The notes: a model not told the origin generated them from the letters alone. A stretch of DNA of 64,000 nucleotides from Candidatus Delongbacteria bacterium (GCA_041675285.1 JBAYTZ010000009.1:10601-74600); one strand, 5' to 3'. Counted from the first letter of the stretch, positions 1-9,654 are shown. Numbers and translations: made by a program.

Positions 1-1
1 C

Positions 2-214
2 GACCTGACGGTCTCGCCGGACGTCTCGCGCTGGGTGGCCCGGCTGGGCACGCGCCTGGAGCTGAGCGGGCAGAACGTGGATCGCAAGTTCGAGGAGCTG
101 GTGGCCGAGCGGGTCAACGAAGCCATCCTGGCCTCCAGCGGCAAGGCCCTGCGGATCCAGGTCTCCCTGCTCGATGACAAGCTGGAATTGGTCAGCACGC
201 CGCTGGCGGAGTGA
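2..214 (+). CDS. 3' end of an unidentified CDS entering from the left edge (stop TGA 212-214)
   Basis: Hand translation of the frame starting at nt 2: DLTVSPDVSRWVARLGTRLELSGQNVDRKFEELVAERVNEAILASSGKALRIQVSLLDDKLELVSTPLAE*. GC3-rich like neighbouring genes. Absent from the ORF track because it has no start in the window. No family recognised. Confidence 0.5.
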   Translation, partial: DLTVSPDVSRWVARLGTRLELSGQNVDRKFEELVAERVNEAILASSGKALRIQVSLLDDKLELVSTPLAE

Positions 215-241
215 GGGAATCCCGGGCGGGACGGATACACG

Positions 242-265
242 AAACGGCGGCCTGGGCCGCCGTTT
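242..265. terminator. Bidirectional hairpin between the convergent partial CDS and rpmB
   Basis: AAACGGCGGCC-TG-GGCCGCCGTTT: 11-nt arms, A-tract on one side and T-tract on the other. Confidence 0.6.
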
Positions 266-287
266 CCACGTTGGATGCGCTGGCGCG

Positions 288-473
288 TTACTTCGTGATC
301 TTGCCGGCCTGGATGCAGGACGTGCAGACGCGCATGCGGCGGCGTTCGCCGTCCACCATGGCGTGCACGGTCTGCAGGTTGGGCAGGAAGCGGCGCTTGG
401 TGTGATTGTTGGCGTGGGACACGTTGTTGCCGCTCATCGGGCCTTTGCCGCAAATCTGGCAGACTCGGCTCAT
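288..473 (-). CDS. rpmB: 50S ribosomal protein L28
   Basis: 61 aa: [34 protein letters not shown]..., a typical L28 sequence and length. Confidence 0.95.
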   Translation of the reverse strand: MSRVCQICGKGPMSGNNVSHANNHTKRRFLPNLQTVHAMVDGERRRMRVCTSCIQAGKITK

Positions 474-567
474 GGGAACACCTCACTATCCAATTCCACG
501 TCCGGGGCTTCCAACCGCCAATCCCTGCCCGAGAGGGAGCGGCGAGCCGCCGAATTCAAGAGCGAAA

Positions 568-596
568 AGTATAGCACCCCATCCCGGTTGATGCAA
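568..596 (-). promoter_or_regulatory. Candidate sigma70-type promoter for rpmB
   Basis: On the minus strand: TTGCAT-N17-TATACT (plus-strand atgcaa 591-596 and agtata 568-573), about 95 nt upstream of the rpmB start. Confidence 0.45.
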
Positions 597-790
597 TGCC
601 CGGCAAGCGCTTCTCCCGCCGCGGCCCCGGGCCCCGGGCTGGAATCGACTCCCGGGGGGCGTCCAGCGGCCCCGGACCGGCGCTTGCCAGCCCGTCCGCT
701 GTTATCTTGGGCCACCAAACCAACGGATGGTCCCATGTCCCTGCCCCGCACCGGCCACGCCGCCGCTTCGCCCGTTTCCGGATTCCACCC

Positions 791-1882
791 ATGCAGTTGA
801 CCTTCCACAGCGCCCTCGGGGAGTCCCGGATCTGGCTGGGCCACCAGGCTGGCGAGTCCATCGCCGCGGCCCTGGCCGAGTTCCCCGGCCCGCGCCTGCT
901 CCTGACGGAATCCCGCGTGGCCCGGGCCCAGGGGCGCTTCCAGGAGCAGGTCATGGACCGCGTGGACCTGCAGCGCCTGGTGCTGCCCGAGGGCGAGGGC
1001 GCCAAGAACAGCGCCAACCTGCTCACCGTGCTGGGGGAGATGGCCGAGCTGGGCCTGGAGCGCGGCTCGCCCCTCCTGGCCTGGGGCGGCGGGATGGTGG
1101 GCGACCTGGGCGGCCTGGCCGCCAGCCTCTGGAAGCGCGGCGTGCCCTTCTGCTGCGTGCCCACCAGCCTGCTGGCCATGGTGGATGCGGCCGTGGGCGG
1201 CAAGACGGCGATCAACTTCGGCGGGCAGCGCAACTCCGTCGGCAGCTTCTGGCCCGCCCGGGCGATCTGGATCGACCTGGACAGCCTGGCCACCCTGCGT
1301 CCGGAGGACTGGAGCAGCGGCTACGGCGAGCTGCTCAAGGCCGCCTGGCTCCAGGACGATGGCTGGGCGCGGCAGCTGGAGAACCAGCCGGCGGACCTGC
1401 TGCGGGCGGACCACCCGGACCTGCCCGCCCACGTGGAGCGGGCCCTGCGCTTCAAGCTGGAGATTGTCGAGCAGGACGAGCGCGAGGCCGGCTGCCGCGC
1501 GCTGCTCAACCTGGGCCACAGCTTCGCCCATGCGCTGGAGGCCCTGCGGGGCGAGGAACTCAAGCACGGCCACGCCGTGCTGCTGGGCATGCTGGCCGCG
1601 GCCCGCACGGCCCGGCTGGCCGGAGTGGCCGACGCCGCCGCGGCGGACGGGATGGAGGAGCGCCTGCGGCGCGTCCTGCTGGAGCTGGGTCTGTTGCCCG
1701 CGCCGGCCCTGCGCGAGCTGGCGGTGCCCGAGATCCTGGCCCGGATGGCCCAGGACAAGAAGGTGAGCGCGGGCCGCCTGCGGCTGGTGCTGCCCGTGCG
1801 GCCCGGCGCAGCCCGCCTGGAGATCGTGGAGCGGCCGCTGCTGGAGCGCGCGCTGACCGAATGGGGAGGCCTGCTCACATGA
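791..1882 (+). CDS. aroB: 3-dehydroquinate synthase
   Basis: GGGMVGDLGGLAASLWKRGVPFCCVPTSLLAMVDAAVGGKTAINF and LNLGHSFAHALE motifs. Start moved to ATG 791 (MQLTFHS...) because the upstream part of ORF 596 is R/P/G-rich and lies in the divergent promoter region. Confidence 0.9.
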   Translation: MQLTFHSALGESRIWLGHQAGESIAAALAEFPGPRLLLTESRVARAQGRFQEQVMDRVDLQRLVLPEGEGAKNSANLLTVLGEMAELGLERGSPLLAWGGGMVGDLGGLAASLWKRGVPFCCVPTSLLAMVDAAVGGKTAINFGGQRNSVGSFWPARAIWIDLDSLATLRPEDWSSGYGELLKAAWLQDDGWARQLENQPADLLRADHPDLPAHVERALRFKLEIVEQDEREAGCRALLNLGHSFAHALEALRGEELKHGHAVLLGMLAAARTARLAGVADAAAADGMEERLRRVLLELGLLPAPALRELAVPEILARMAQDKKVSAGRLRLVLPVRPGAARLEIVERPLLERALTEWGGLLT

Positions 1883-2310
1883 GGCTGGACGTGATCAACG
1901 GCCCCAACCTGAACGGACTGGGGCGGCGCGAGCCGGAGATCTACGGCACCCAGGGACTGGACGAGCTGGAGCGGCGCCTGCGCGCGGCGTTCCCCGCCGT
2001 GGAGTGGAGTTTCTTCCAGAGCAACCACGAGGGGGCCCTGGTGGACCGCCTGCAGTGGGCAGAGGGTCACGTGGACGGCGTGATCCTCAACCCGGCGGGG
2101 CTCTCCCACACCAGCGTCGTGCTGCTGGACGCCCTGCTGGCCCTCAGCATCCCGGTGGTGGAGGTGCACGTGAGCCAGGTGCTGGCGCGCGAGGAATTCC
2201 GCCGCACCCTGCTGACGGCCCGCGGCGCGCAGGCCCTGATCTGCGGCCTGGGGCTGGCCGGCTACGAGGCGGCGGCGCGGCACTTGCTGAACCCGGAGGC
2301 CGGAGCATGA
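1879..2310 (+). CDS. aroQ: Type II 3-dehydroquinate dehydratase
   Basis: MRLDVINGPNLNGLGRREPEIYG...SNHEGALVDRL...LNPAGLSHTSVVLLDAL. ATGA overlap with the aroB stop. Confidence 0.93.
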   Translation: MRLDVINGPNLNGLGRREPEIYGTQGLDELERRLRAAFPAVEWSFFQSNHEGALVDRLQWAEGHVDGVILNPAGLSHTSVVLLDALLALSIPVVEVHVSQVLAREEFRRTLLTARGAQALICGLGLAGYEAAARHLLNPEAGA

Positions 2311-5048
2311 AGACAGCATCCCTGATTCGCCTGAGCCTGTTGTCGCTGGGCCTGGCCGCAAGTCTCGCGCCGGCGCAGGCCGATCCGCGCCTGGCGGCAT
2401 CCCTGGAACAGGCCGGACTGCGCCAGCAGGATCTGGCCTTTCCGCTGCTGCCCGCGGAACGGGACTCCTTCCGGCTGGCCCGGGTGGACGAAATCCTCAA
2501 GTCCGGCCAGCCGCTGGACAGCTGGGGGGATTCGCTGACCCGGCGCCTGGAGCGGACGGAGACACTGGGCCAATTGGTGCGCCGGCTCTGGCCCGAGCTG
2601 CGACGCGCCGGCGCGCCGGCGACGGAACTGCCCGACCTGCGGCCGGGGGCGCTTCGGGGGCGGGATTGGGAGGACTGGACCGACTGGCTGGGCGGCCTGG
2701 GTCGCCGGCGTCTGCTGGAGCCCGCCCAGGTCCAGGTCCTGGAGCAGGATCTGGGCGACCTGCTGCAGGAGGACGGCGAACTGGGCGAACTCAGCGTCTT
2801 CGAGTTGGACAGCCTGCAGCGGCTTTCGGAGGCCGAGTCCCGCGCCCGGCGCCTGCGCCTGGAGGCCGTCCGGCGGCCCGACCCGGCCGAACTGCTGGGC
2901 CTGTTGGACGAGCTGGAGCAGTTCGTGGCCCAACTGGAGGACTTCCGGGCCGCGGCCGACGGCCTGCGCCCCCAGAAGCACCCGCTCTACGGACCCGTGC
3001 TCTACGCAGACGAATTCCTGGCCGTGGGCACGGAGGCGGTCAACCACTGGACGGGCGGCCTGCCGCCCATCGTCATCGACCTGGGGGGCGACGATCTCTA
3101 CGAGGGCCCGGTGGCCCTGAGCCGCGGCGGAGTCAGCCTGCTGCTGGACCTGCAGGGCAACGACCGCTACCGCAGCGGCGGCGAGCTCGGTCCCGCCGCC
3201 AGCGTGGGCGGGCTGGCCCTGTTGCTGGACCTGGCCGGCGACGACCAGTACGAGGGGCGCTACGCGGCGTTGGGCGCCTCCCTGGGCGGGCTGGCCCTCC
3301 TGGTGGACAGAGGGGGCGACGACCTCTACACGGGGGACACCTTCTGCCTGGGGGCCGGCAGCCTGGGAATGGGCCTCTTGCTGGACGAGGCCGGCAACGA
3401 CCTCTACCGCTGCAGCCTCTACGGCCAGGGCTTCGGCCACGTGGCCGGGCTGGGCCTGCTCCAGGACAAGGCCGGCCACGATCAGTACCTGCTGCAGCCG
3501 CGTTACGTGGACCAGATCCGCTACGACGACCACCACTTGAGCATGGGACAGGGCTTCGGCTTCGGCCAGCGGCCGGATCTTTCCGGCGGCGTGGGTCTCC
3601 TGCACGACCTGGCCGGCAACGACCTCTACTCGGCGGACATCTTCGGGCAGGGCGGCGCCTACTGGTGGGCCCTGGGCGCGCTGGTGGACCGCGCGGGCAA
3701 CGACCGCTACCTGGCCTGGCAGTACGCCCAGGGCGCGGGCGTGCACCTGGCGGCGGGCCTCCTGCTGGACGAGGACGGGCAGGACGTCTACCAAAGCCGG
3801 GGCGTCAGCCAGGGCTGCGGGCACGACCTGGCCCTGGGCTGGCTGCTGGAGCGCGGGGGCGACGACAGCTACACGGCCTGGGACTTGAGCCAGGGCGCGG
3901 GCAGCGCCAACGGCACAGGCCGCCTGACGGACCTGCTGGGCGCGGACCTCTACGCCATGCGCGGTCCGGCCAAGCCCCGGGCCTACGGCGATCCCCGCCG
4001 CCGGACGGGCAGCCTGGGCCTCTTCCTCGACGCCACGGGGGCGGACTACTACCTGGGCAACGGAGCCAACGACAGCCTCTGGAGCGGCAGCCTGCGCGGC
4101 CTGGCCCAGGACTGGGGCCCGCGCCGGACTCCCGCCGGAGCCGGGGCCGCGCCCGCGCTGGCGGCGGCCGCCGCCGCGGACGACCCCGGCCCGCTGGATT
4201 CGCTCTTCGTCGAGACGGATTCCGTCGACCGGCTCTACGTCTGGGCCATCCGCCTGGAACCCAAGTGGCTGCGCGAGCGCGACCTGGCCCGGGCGGCCCT
4301 GGTGCGGCGGCCTGTGGAGACCGTGGACCTGCTCCGCCGCCGGCGCCTGCTGTCCAGCGACATCAGCTGGGAGCGCCACGCCCTGAAGGACGTGGTGGTC
4401 GCGCTGGGTGCGGCGGCCGTGCCCCTGCTGGAGGAGGCCGTGGAGGCCCCCCTGCCGGCGGAGCCCGGCGAGGAGCGGACCCGCCGGCTCTCCGAGCAGG
4501 CCTTCGCCCTCTGGGTCTTTTCCGAGGCCTGCCAGTTGGGGGATCCGGCGCGCTTCGCCGACTGGTGGACGCGCGGGCTGGCCCAGTCCACCCCGGGTTC
4601 GCTTTCTCTGCTCCTGGAGGGCCTGGCCGAACGCGACGGGGACCCGCAGATCCTGCTGGAAGGCCTGCGCCACACGCATCCGGGCGTGCGGCGCTCGGCG
4701 GCCTGGGGCCTGGGGCGCAACCCCGCCGGCCCGGCCGGGCGCGCGGCGCTGCTGGCGGCCCTGGCGGACAGCGTGCTAGCGGTGCGGATCAGCGCTTTCG
4801 AGAGCCTGGCTGCGGACACCACCCTGGACGGCGCGCCGCTGGAGGCCCGGCTCTTCGATCCGCTGGCCCCGGCCCTGGAGCGCCGCGAGCTGTTGCGCCT
4901 GCTGGCGCGCCGGGATCCCGCCCGCTGCCGGGCCTGGCTGCCCAGGCTGGAGGCGGATCCCGTCCTGGCTGTCGACGTGCCCTGGCTCAGCGCCGGACTG
5001 CCCCCGGCGCCGCCGCGCGTGGCCGCACGGCGCCGGGGCCGCTCATGA
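2307..5048 (+). CDS. Secreted repeat protein: signal peptide, acidic/helical N-region, 12 degenerate D-x-x-G-x-D-x-Y (RTX/beta-roll-like) repeats, C-terminal HEAT-like repeats
   Basis: Starts MKTASLIRLSLLSLGLAASLAPAQA. Repeats: DLGGDDLY, DLQGNDRY, DLAGDDQY, DRGGDDLY, DEAGNDLY, DKAGHDQY, DLAGNDLY, DRAGNDRY, DEDGQDVY, ERGGDDSY, DLLGADLY, DATGADYY (about nt 3070-4065). C-terminal HPGVRRSAAWGLGR / LAVRISAFESL segments look HEAT-like. ATGA overlap with aroQ. Confidence 0.75.
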   Translation: MKTASLIRLSLLSLGLAASLAPAQADPRLAASLEQAGLRQQDLAFPLLPAERDSFRLARVDEILKSGQPLDSWGDSLTRRLERTETLGQLVRRLWPELRRAGAPATELPDLRPGALRGRDWEDWTDWLGGLGRRRLLEPAQVQVLEQDLGDLLQEDGELGELSVFELDSLQRLSEAESRARRLRLEAVRRPDPAELLGLLDELEQFVAQLEDFRAAADGLRPQKHPLYGPVLYADEFLAVGTEAVNHWTGGLPPIVIDLGGDDLYEGPVALSRGGVSLLLDLQGNDRYRSGGELGPAASVGGLALLLDLAGDDQYEGRYAALGASLGGLALLVDRGGDDLYTGDTFCLGAGSLGMGLLLDEAGNDLYRCSLYGQGFGHVAGLGLLQDKAGHDQYLLQPRYVDQIRYDDHHLSMGQGFGFGQRPDLSGGVGLLHDLAGNDLYSADIFGQGGAYWWALGALVDRAGNDRYLAWQYAQGAGVHLAAGLLLDEDGQDVYQSRGVSQGCGHDLALGWLLERGGDDSYTAWDLSQGAGSANGTGRLTDLLGADLYAMRGPAKPRAYGDPRRRTGSLGLFLDATGADYYLGNGANDSLWSGSLRGLAQDWGPRRTPAGAGAAPALAAAAAADDPGPLDSLFVETDSVDRLYVWAIRLEPKWLRERDLARAALVRRPVETVDLLRRRRLLSSDISWERHALKDVVVALGAAAVPLLEEAVEAPLPAEPGEERTRRLSEQAFALWVFSEACQLGDPARFADWWTRGLAQSTPGSLSLLLEGLAERDGDPQILLEGLRHTHPGVRRSAAWGLGRNPAGPAGRAALLAALADSVLAVRISAFESLAADTTLDGAPLEARLFDPLAPALERRELLRLLARRDPARCRAWLPRLEADPVLAVDVPWLSAGLPPAPPRVAARRRGRS

Positions 5049-6601
5049 GCCTGACCCGGCAGAGCCTGCTGCTCAGCCTGGGCCGCTCCAGCGCCAGTCT
5101 GGCCCGCCTGCTGGTGAACCTGGGCGTGGCCCGCCTGTTCGGCGAGCGGCTCGAGATCGCCGCCGAGTACCAGAACGTCTGGCTGGTCTTCAACAGCACC
5201 TACATGCTCTTCATCTTTAGCCTGCCCAGCGTGCTGTTCTACTTCCATCCCCGGCTGGACGAGGCGGGTCGGCGCTACCTGATGAGCCTAGTGCACCAGA
5301 TCCTGCTCAGCCTGGGCGTGGTCTACGGCGCGCTGCTCTGGCTGGGGGCGCCCTGGCTGCGGGACTTCTACCACATGAGTCCCGACGCGGTGGGCCACCT
5401 GCGGGTCTTCGCCCTCTACTCCTTCGCCATGGTGGGCTCGGCGGCGATGGAGTCCACCTTCAACCTGCTGGGGCGCTTCAAACTGCTGGCGGTCTGGATG
5501 AGCGTGGAGTCCGCGCTCTTCCTCCTGTTGGCGCTGGGCCCGCTGGTGGCCGGCGCGCAGCCTCAGCTGTTCCAGGGGCCGGCGGCACTGCTGGGCGCCC
5601 TCTGGCCCACGCTCAGCCTGGAGGCCGCCTCCATCCGCGCCGTCTGCTGGCTCTTGAGCGGCATGGCCCTGCTCAAGTGGGCGGTCTTCCAACTGGTGCT
5701 GGCCGCCCGCCATCCGGACATGGCCTGGCACCCGGTGAAGTTCGTCGGCGCGCGCGTCAAGCCCCTGCTCGGCTACGCGCTGCCCATCACGGCCACCACG
5801 CTGGTGGCCTACCTGGCCATGTACATGGACAAGAACATCGTGGCGGCCTGGTTCACGGACAAGGCCGTCTACGCCAAGTTCCAGGCCGGCGCGCTGGAAG
5901 TGCCCTTCGTCTCGGTGCTGGTGGGCAGCGTCTCCGTGGTCATGCTGCCGCATCTCTCGCGCCTGCAGCACGAGGGCAAGCTGGCCGAGATGGCCGACCT
6001 GCTGGCCGAGGGCGTGGAGAAGGTGGCCTGGCTGGTCTTCCCGATCTTCACCCTGCTGATGGTGCTGGCCGACCCGCTCTACGTGTCCTTCTGGGGTCCG
6101 GCCTACGCCGAGTCCGCCCTGCCCTTCCGCCTCTACCTGCTGCTCTTTCCCATGCGCCTGATGTTCTACGGCCAGGTGCTGAACAACCTGGGCCTGCAGC
6201 GCTGGGTGCTGGGCACGGCGGCCGGGGACCTCCTGCTCAACTTCGTCCTGGCCATCATCCTGGTGCGCTTCCACTGGGCCGGACCCGCGCTGGCCACGGT
6301 CATCGCCACCCTGGCCGAAGTGGTGGTGTTCTGGCACCTGCTGCGGCGCGGATTGGGCCAGCCCCTGGCCCGGATCCTCGTGCCCGCGCGGCTCTGGCGC
6401 ATCGCGCGCTACTCGCTTGTGGCCGGGCTGGCCGCGCTGGCGGGCCGGCTGGCGGGGCGCGGGGCGCTGGAGAGCATCCTGCTGGGCGGGACGCTCCACG
6501 GCCTGACCTTCGGGGCCCTGGCCTGGCGGGCCGGACTGGGCGAGCGCGTGATGGGAGAGTGGCGTCGCCGGGCGGCGGCGCGAAAGGAGAGGACGCGATG
6601 A
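5045..6601 (+). CDS. MOP-superfamily (Wzx/MurJ-like) polysaccharide/lipid-linked oligosaccharide flippase
   Basis: About 518 aa, multi-TM throughout (MSLTRQSLLLSLGRSSASLARLLVNLGVARLFG...). Layout typical of the polysaccharide-biosynthesis-protein family. ATGA overlap at both ends. Confidence 0.75.
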   Translation: MSLTRQSLLLSLGRSSASLARLLVNLGVARLFGERLEIAAEYQNVWLVFNSTYMLFIFSLPSVLFYFHPRLDEAGRRYLMSLVHQILLSLGVVYGALLWLGAPWLRDFYHMSPDAVGHLRVFALYSFAMVGSAAMESTFNLLGRFKLLAVWMSVESALFLLLALGPLVAGAQPQLFQGPAALLGALWPTLSLEAASIRAVCWLLSGMALLKWAVFQLVLAARHPDMAWHPVKFVGARVKPLLGYALPITATTLVAYLAMYMDKNIVAAWFTDKAVYAKFQAGALEVPFVSVLVGSVSVVMLPHLSRLQHEGKLAEMADLLAEGVEKVAWLVFPIFTLLMVLADPLYVSFWGPAYAESALPFRLYLLLFPMRLMFYGQVLNNLGLQRWVLGTAAGDLLLNFVLAIILVRFHWAGPALATVIATLAEVVVFWHLLRRGLGQPLARILVPARLWRIARYSLVAGLAALAGRLAGRGALESILLGGTLHGLTFGALAWRAGLGERVMGEWRRRAAARKERTR

Positions 6602-7422
6602 CTCTGCTGCGTCGACTGGGGCAGGCCCTCTGGCTGCCCTGGCGCCCGGGCCGCCGCTGGGCCACGGAGGTGCTGGAGGGCCGGGGCACGGGCCTGCCGC
6701 GCCTGCTGCTGGCGGCCCTCTGCCTGACCCTGGCGCTGGCCTTCCTGGCCAACCGCGAGCTGAACCGCTACCTGGACGAGGCCCCCGCCATCCTGGCCCA
6801 GTTGCCAAAGATGGGCCTGCGCGGCGGTGCGCTCTGGACGGATCCGCCCACTCCGGAGCCGCTCTGGATCCACGACCGCGCCGGCCGGCCGATCCTGCTG
6901 CTGGATCTGGACGCCACCCTGCGGCTGGCCGACCAGCCCGTGGATCTGCAGCTCACCCGCACGCGCCTGCTGGTCAAGGGGGCCGAGAACCAGGTCCAGG
7001 CCTTTCCGCTGGCCAGCCCGGGCCAGCCCGACGGCGAGGTCAAGCCCGCCGAATTGCTGGCCTTCTTGGAGGGTCCCGCCCGTTGGCTGGCCCTCACCCT
7101 CTCCGCGCCCCTGCTCTTCGTGCTGGCCCTGGGCCTGCTCTTCGTGCAGCAGGCCCTGCTCACGTTGATGATCCTGGTGCCCAACCGGCTCTACGACACG
7201 CGGCTGGAGTGGATCGCCCGGCTGCGGCTGATCTCGCTGGCCATCCTGGCCTCCAGCCAGCTCAGCGCCCTGGGCCTTCTGCTGGGGCTGCCTCTGGGCC
7301 GCTCGTGGCTGGTGCCCCTGCTGCTCTCCCTGGCCGGACTGATGAAGGGCGTGCTGGCCGTGCAGGCCGTCCAGGCCGGGCCCGCGCCGCCGCCGGCGGC
7401 GGGAGCGGACCCCGGAGTCTGA
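6598..7422 (+). CDS. Integral membrane protein of unknown function (tentatively DUF1189-like)
   Basis: N-terminal TM (LLLAALCLTLALAFL), roughly 110-aa extracytoplasmic segment, then 3-4 TM helices. ATGA overlap with the flippase stop. Confidence 0.6.
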   Translation: MTLLRRLGQALWLPWRPGRRWATEVLEGRGTGLPRLLLAALCLTLALAFLANRELNRYLDEAPAILAQLPKMGLRGGALWTDPPTPEPLWIHDRAGRPILLLDLDATLRLADQPVDLQLTRTRLLVKGAENQVQAFPLASPGQPDGEVKPAELLAFLEGPARWLALTLSAPLLFVLALGLLFVQQALLTLMILVPNRLYDTRLEWIARLRLISLAILASSQLSALGLLLGLPLGRSWLVPLLLSLAGLMKGVLAVQAVQAGPAPPPAAGADPGV

Positions 7423-7507
7423 GCCCGTCTCGTGGGTCCGTGGTGGCCGGGCGTTGTTCCAGCCGGCCCGTGTGGATACCTTTGAGCACCATCCCAACGG
7501 AAACGCC

Positions 7508-9274
7508 ATGTCGCAGTTGATCACCCCGGACCTGCTGGACAGCCTGCCCATCCGCATCTACCTCGTGGACCGCGAGCACCGCGCCCGGGGACTGGACGGG
7601 CGTGAGCTGGAGACGCCCGGAGCCGTCCACGACTCCGATTGCCGCCTCTGCACGGCCCTGACCGAGCAGTGCCCCATCCGGCTCAGCCTGGCGGACGGGC
7701 GTCGGCGCCACCTGGAGCTGCCGCCCCACATGTGCGGCGGCGAGCACTACCTCGAGCTGGACATCCTGCCCCTCAAGGGACCCGAGGGCGGCGTGCTGGT
7801 CCTGGAGCGCGAGCTGGACCTGCAGGACCTGGAGCTCAGCCGGACGGACGCCGGCCTGGAGCGCCAGATTCGCCAGCTGGACATCCTGAACCAGGTGCTG
7901 GCCGCCCTGCAGCAGAGTCGAGACCTGGACCGCATCCTGCGGATCATCCTGGCCGGCCTGACCTTCGGCAAGGGGCTGGAGTTCAACCGCGCCTTCTTCT
8001 TCGAGCGCCAGGGCGACGAGATCGTCGGCCGGCTGGCGGTGGGCCCGCTCTCCGGCGAGGAGGCCGCGCGGATCTGGAACCGCGGCGACCTGACGGACTT
8101 GAGCCTAGGCGAGCTCTTCCAGAACCTGGGTCCCGAGGAGGACGACCGGCCCATCCAGCGCCGGGTGGAGAGCATCCGCTTCCACCTGCTGGCCGCCGCG
8201 CCTCAGCTGCGCGCGGCCCTGGACCGGCCGGGTTGCACGTGCCTGCGCGTGCCCGAGCTGCGCGAGCCGGGCAGCCTCTGCCTGCTGGACCTGACGGGTA
8301 GCTCCGAGTCCTGGCTGGCGCCCGTGCGCGTGCCGGCCAGTCCGGGCCGCGAGGCGGAGGAGACCCGGGGCTTTCTGCTGGTGGACAACGCCATCACCAA
8401 CCGCCCGCCCACCAGCGACCACCTGGACGCGCTGGTCAGCTGCGCGCGGCACCTGGGCTTCGCGCTGGAGCGCGCCCGCATGAACCAGGAGCTGGACCAC
8501 CGGCTGGAGGAACTCCAGGAGGCCTACCAGCAGCTGGACCGCGGCCAGGAGCTGCTGCTCAAGAGCGAGAAGATGGCCGCCGTGGGACGCGTGACGGGCA
8601 ACCTGGCCCACGAGATCAAGACGCCGCTGATGTCCATCGGCGGCTTCGCACGCCTCTTGGTGCGGGAGTTGGAGGGCCAGGAGAAGCCGCGCTCCCACGC
8701 GGACCTGGTGCTGCGGGAGTGCAAGCGCATCGAGCGGATCCTCGAGGCGCTGATGGACTACGGCGCGCCCCAGATCCTGCGCCGCGACCGGCTGGACCTG
8801 CGCGAGCGTCTGCTGCAGCTGCGCGACCGGCTGGAGGACGCCTTCCGCGAGCGCGGCATCCAGCTCAGCGTGGACACGCCCGCCGAGCCCTGCTGGGTCT
8901 GGGGCGACGTGCTGCGGTTGGATCAAATGCTCCACGCCCAGGTGCAGAACGTGCTGGACCTGAACGAGGTCCGGCGGGACGGCGTGCGGCGCTGCAGCCT
9001 GCTCAGCATCAGCCTGCGCCTGGAGGCCGAGGGTCTCTCGATCTCCGTGGCCGACGACGGACCGGGCGTGCCCGTGACCCTGCTCGACACCCTGTTCGAA
9101 CCCTTTGTCAGCGGCCGGGACGGCGCCCTGGGACTGGGCTTGGCCCAGGCCCGCGACATCGCCCGCCTGCACGAGGGCGAGTTGCGCCTGCTGCAGCCCG
9201 GCCGGCTGGGCGGCGCGGAGTTCATCACCACCCTGCATGGGAGGAATCATGGCCAGGATCCTGTTCGCGGATGA
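7508..9274 (+). CDS. Cytoplasmic sensor histidine kinase (Cys-rich N-domain, GAF-like domain, HisKA, HATPase_c)
   Basis: H-box NLAHEIKTPLMSIGGFARLL. G-boxes DDGPGVP / GLGLAQARD. Start set at ATG 7508 (MSQLITPDLL). Confidence 0.88.
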   Translation: MSQLITPDLLDSLPIRIYLVDREHRARGLDGRELETPGAVHDSDCRLCTALTEQCPIRLSLADGRRRHLELPPHMCGGEHYLELDILPLKGPEGGVLVLERELDLQDLELSRTDAGLERQIRQLDILNQVLAALQQSRDLDRILRIILAGLTFGKGLEFNRAFFFERQGDEIVGRLAVGPLSGEEAARIWNRGDLTDLSLGELFQNLGPEEDDRPIQRRVESIRFHLLAAAPQLRAALDRPGCTCLRVPELREPGSLCLLDLTGSSESWLAPVRVPASPGREAEETRGFLLVDNAITNRPPTSDHLDALVSCARHLGFALERARMNQELDHRLEELQEAYQQLDRGQELLLKSEKMAAVGRVTGNLAHEIKTPLMSIGGFARLLVRELEGQEKPRSHADLVLRECKRIERILEALMDYGAPQILRRDRLDLRERLLQLRDRLEDAFRERGIQLSVDTPAEPCWVWGDVLRLDQMLHAQVQNVLDLNEVRRDGVRRCSLLSISLRLEAEGLSISVADDGPGVPVTLLDTLFEPFVSGRDGALGLGLAQARDIARLHEGELRLLQPGRLGGAEFITTLHGRNHGQDPVRG

Positions 9275-9614
9275 CGACGAGTCCCTGAGGCTGCTCTACC
9301 GCGAGGAATTCGGCGCGGACGGGCACGAGCTGCTCTTCGCCTCCACGGGCCGCGAGGCCGTGGAGCTGGCGCGCCGGGAGCGCCCCGACCTGATCGTGAT
9401 GGACATCCGCATGCCCGAGATGGACGGCCTGGAGGCCATGGGGCGCATCGTGGCCGAGGACAACGAGGTGCCCGTGATCATCTACAGCGCCTTCCCGCAC
9501 CACAAGGAGGACTTTTCCAGCTGGCTGGCCGACGCCTATCTGGTCAAGTCCATGGACCTGGGCGAGTTGAAGCGCGTCATCGATCGCAAACTGGGCGAGC
9601 GCGGACCCGCCTGA
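9249..9614 (+). CDS. Single-domain response regulator (CheY-like receiver only)
   Basis: MARILFADDDESLRLLY...DLIVMDIRMPEMDG...YLVKS; 121 aa with no output domain. Overlaps the kinase 3' end by 26 nt. Confidence 0.9.
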   Translation: MARILFADDDESLRLLYREEFGADGHELLFASTGREAVELARRERPDLIVMDIRMPEMDGLEAMGRIVAEDNEVPVIIYSAFPHHKEDFSSWLADAYLVKSMDLGELKRVIDRKLGERGPA

Positions 9615-9654
9615 GGTCCCGCCGCCCTCCGCCGTCTCACAGAAAGGGGCTTCC

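Noticed and set aside
2262-4679. 805-aa minus-strand ORF, plus the long + strand alternative-frame ORFs (2666-5044, 5677-6597, 727-1878, 470-1573 and similar throughout the track)
   Set aside because: They overlap better-supported genes in other frames. They have R/P/G/A-dominated composition and no family signatures. Only their 3' portions that coincide with real genes were kept.
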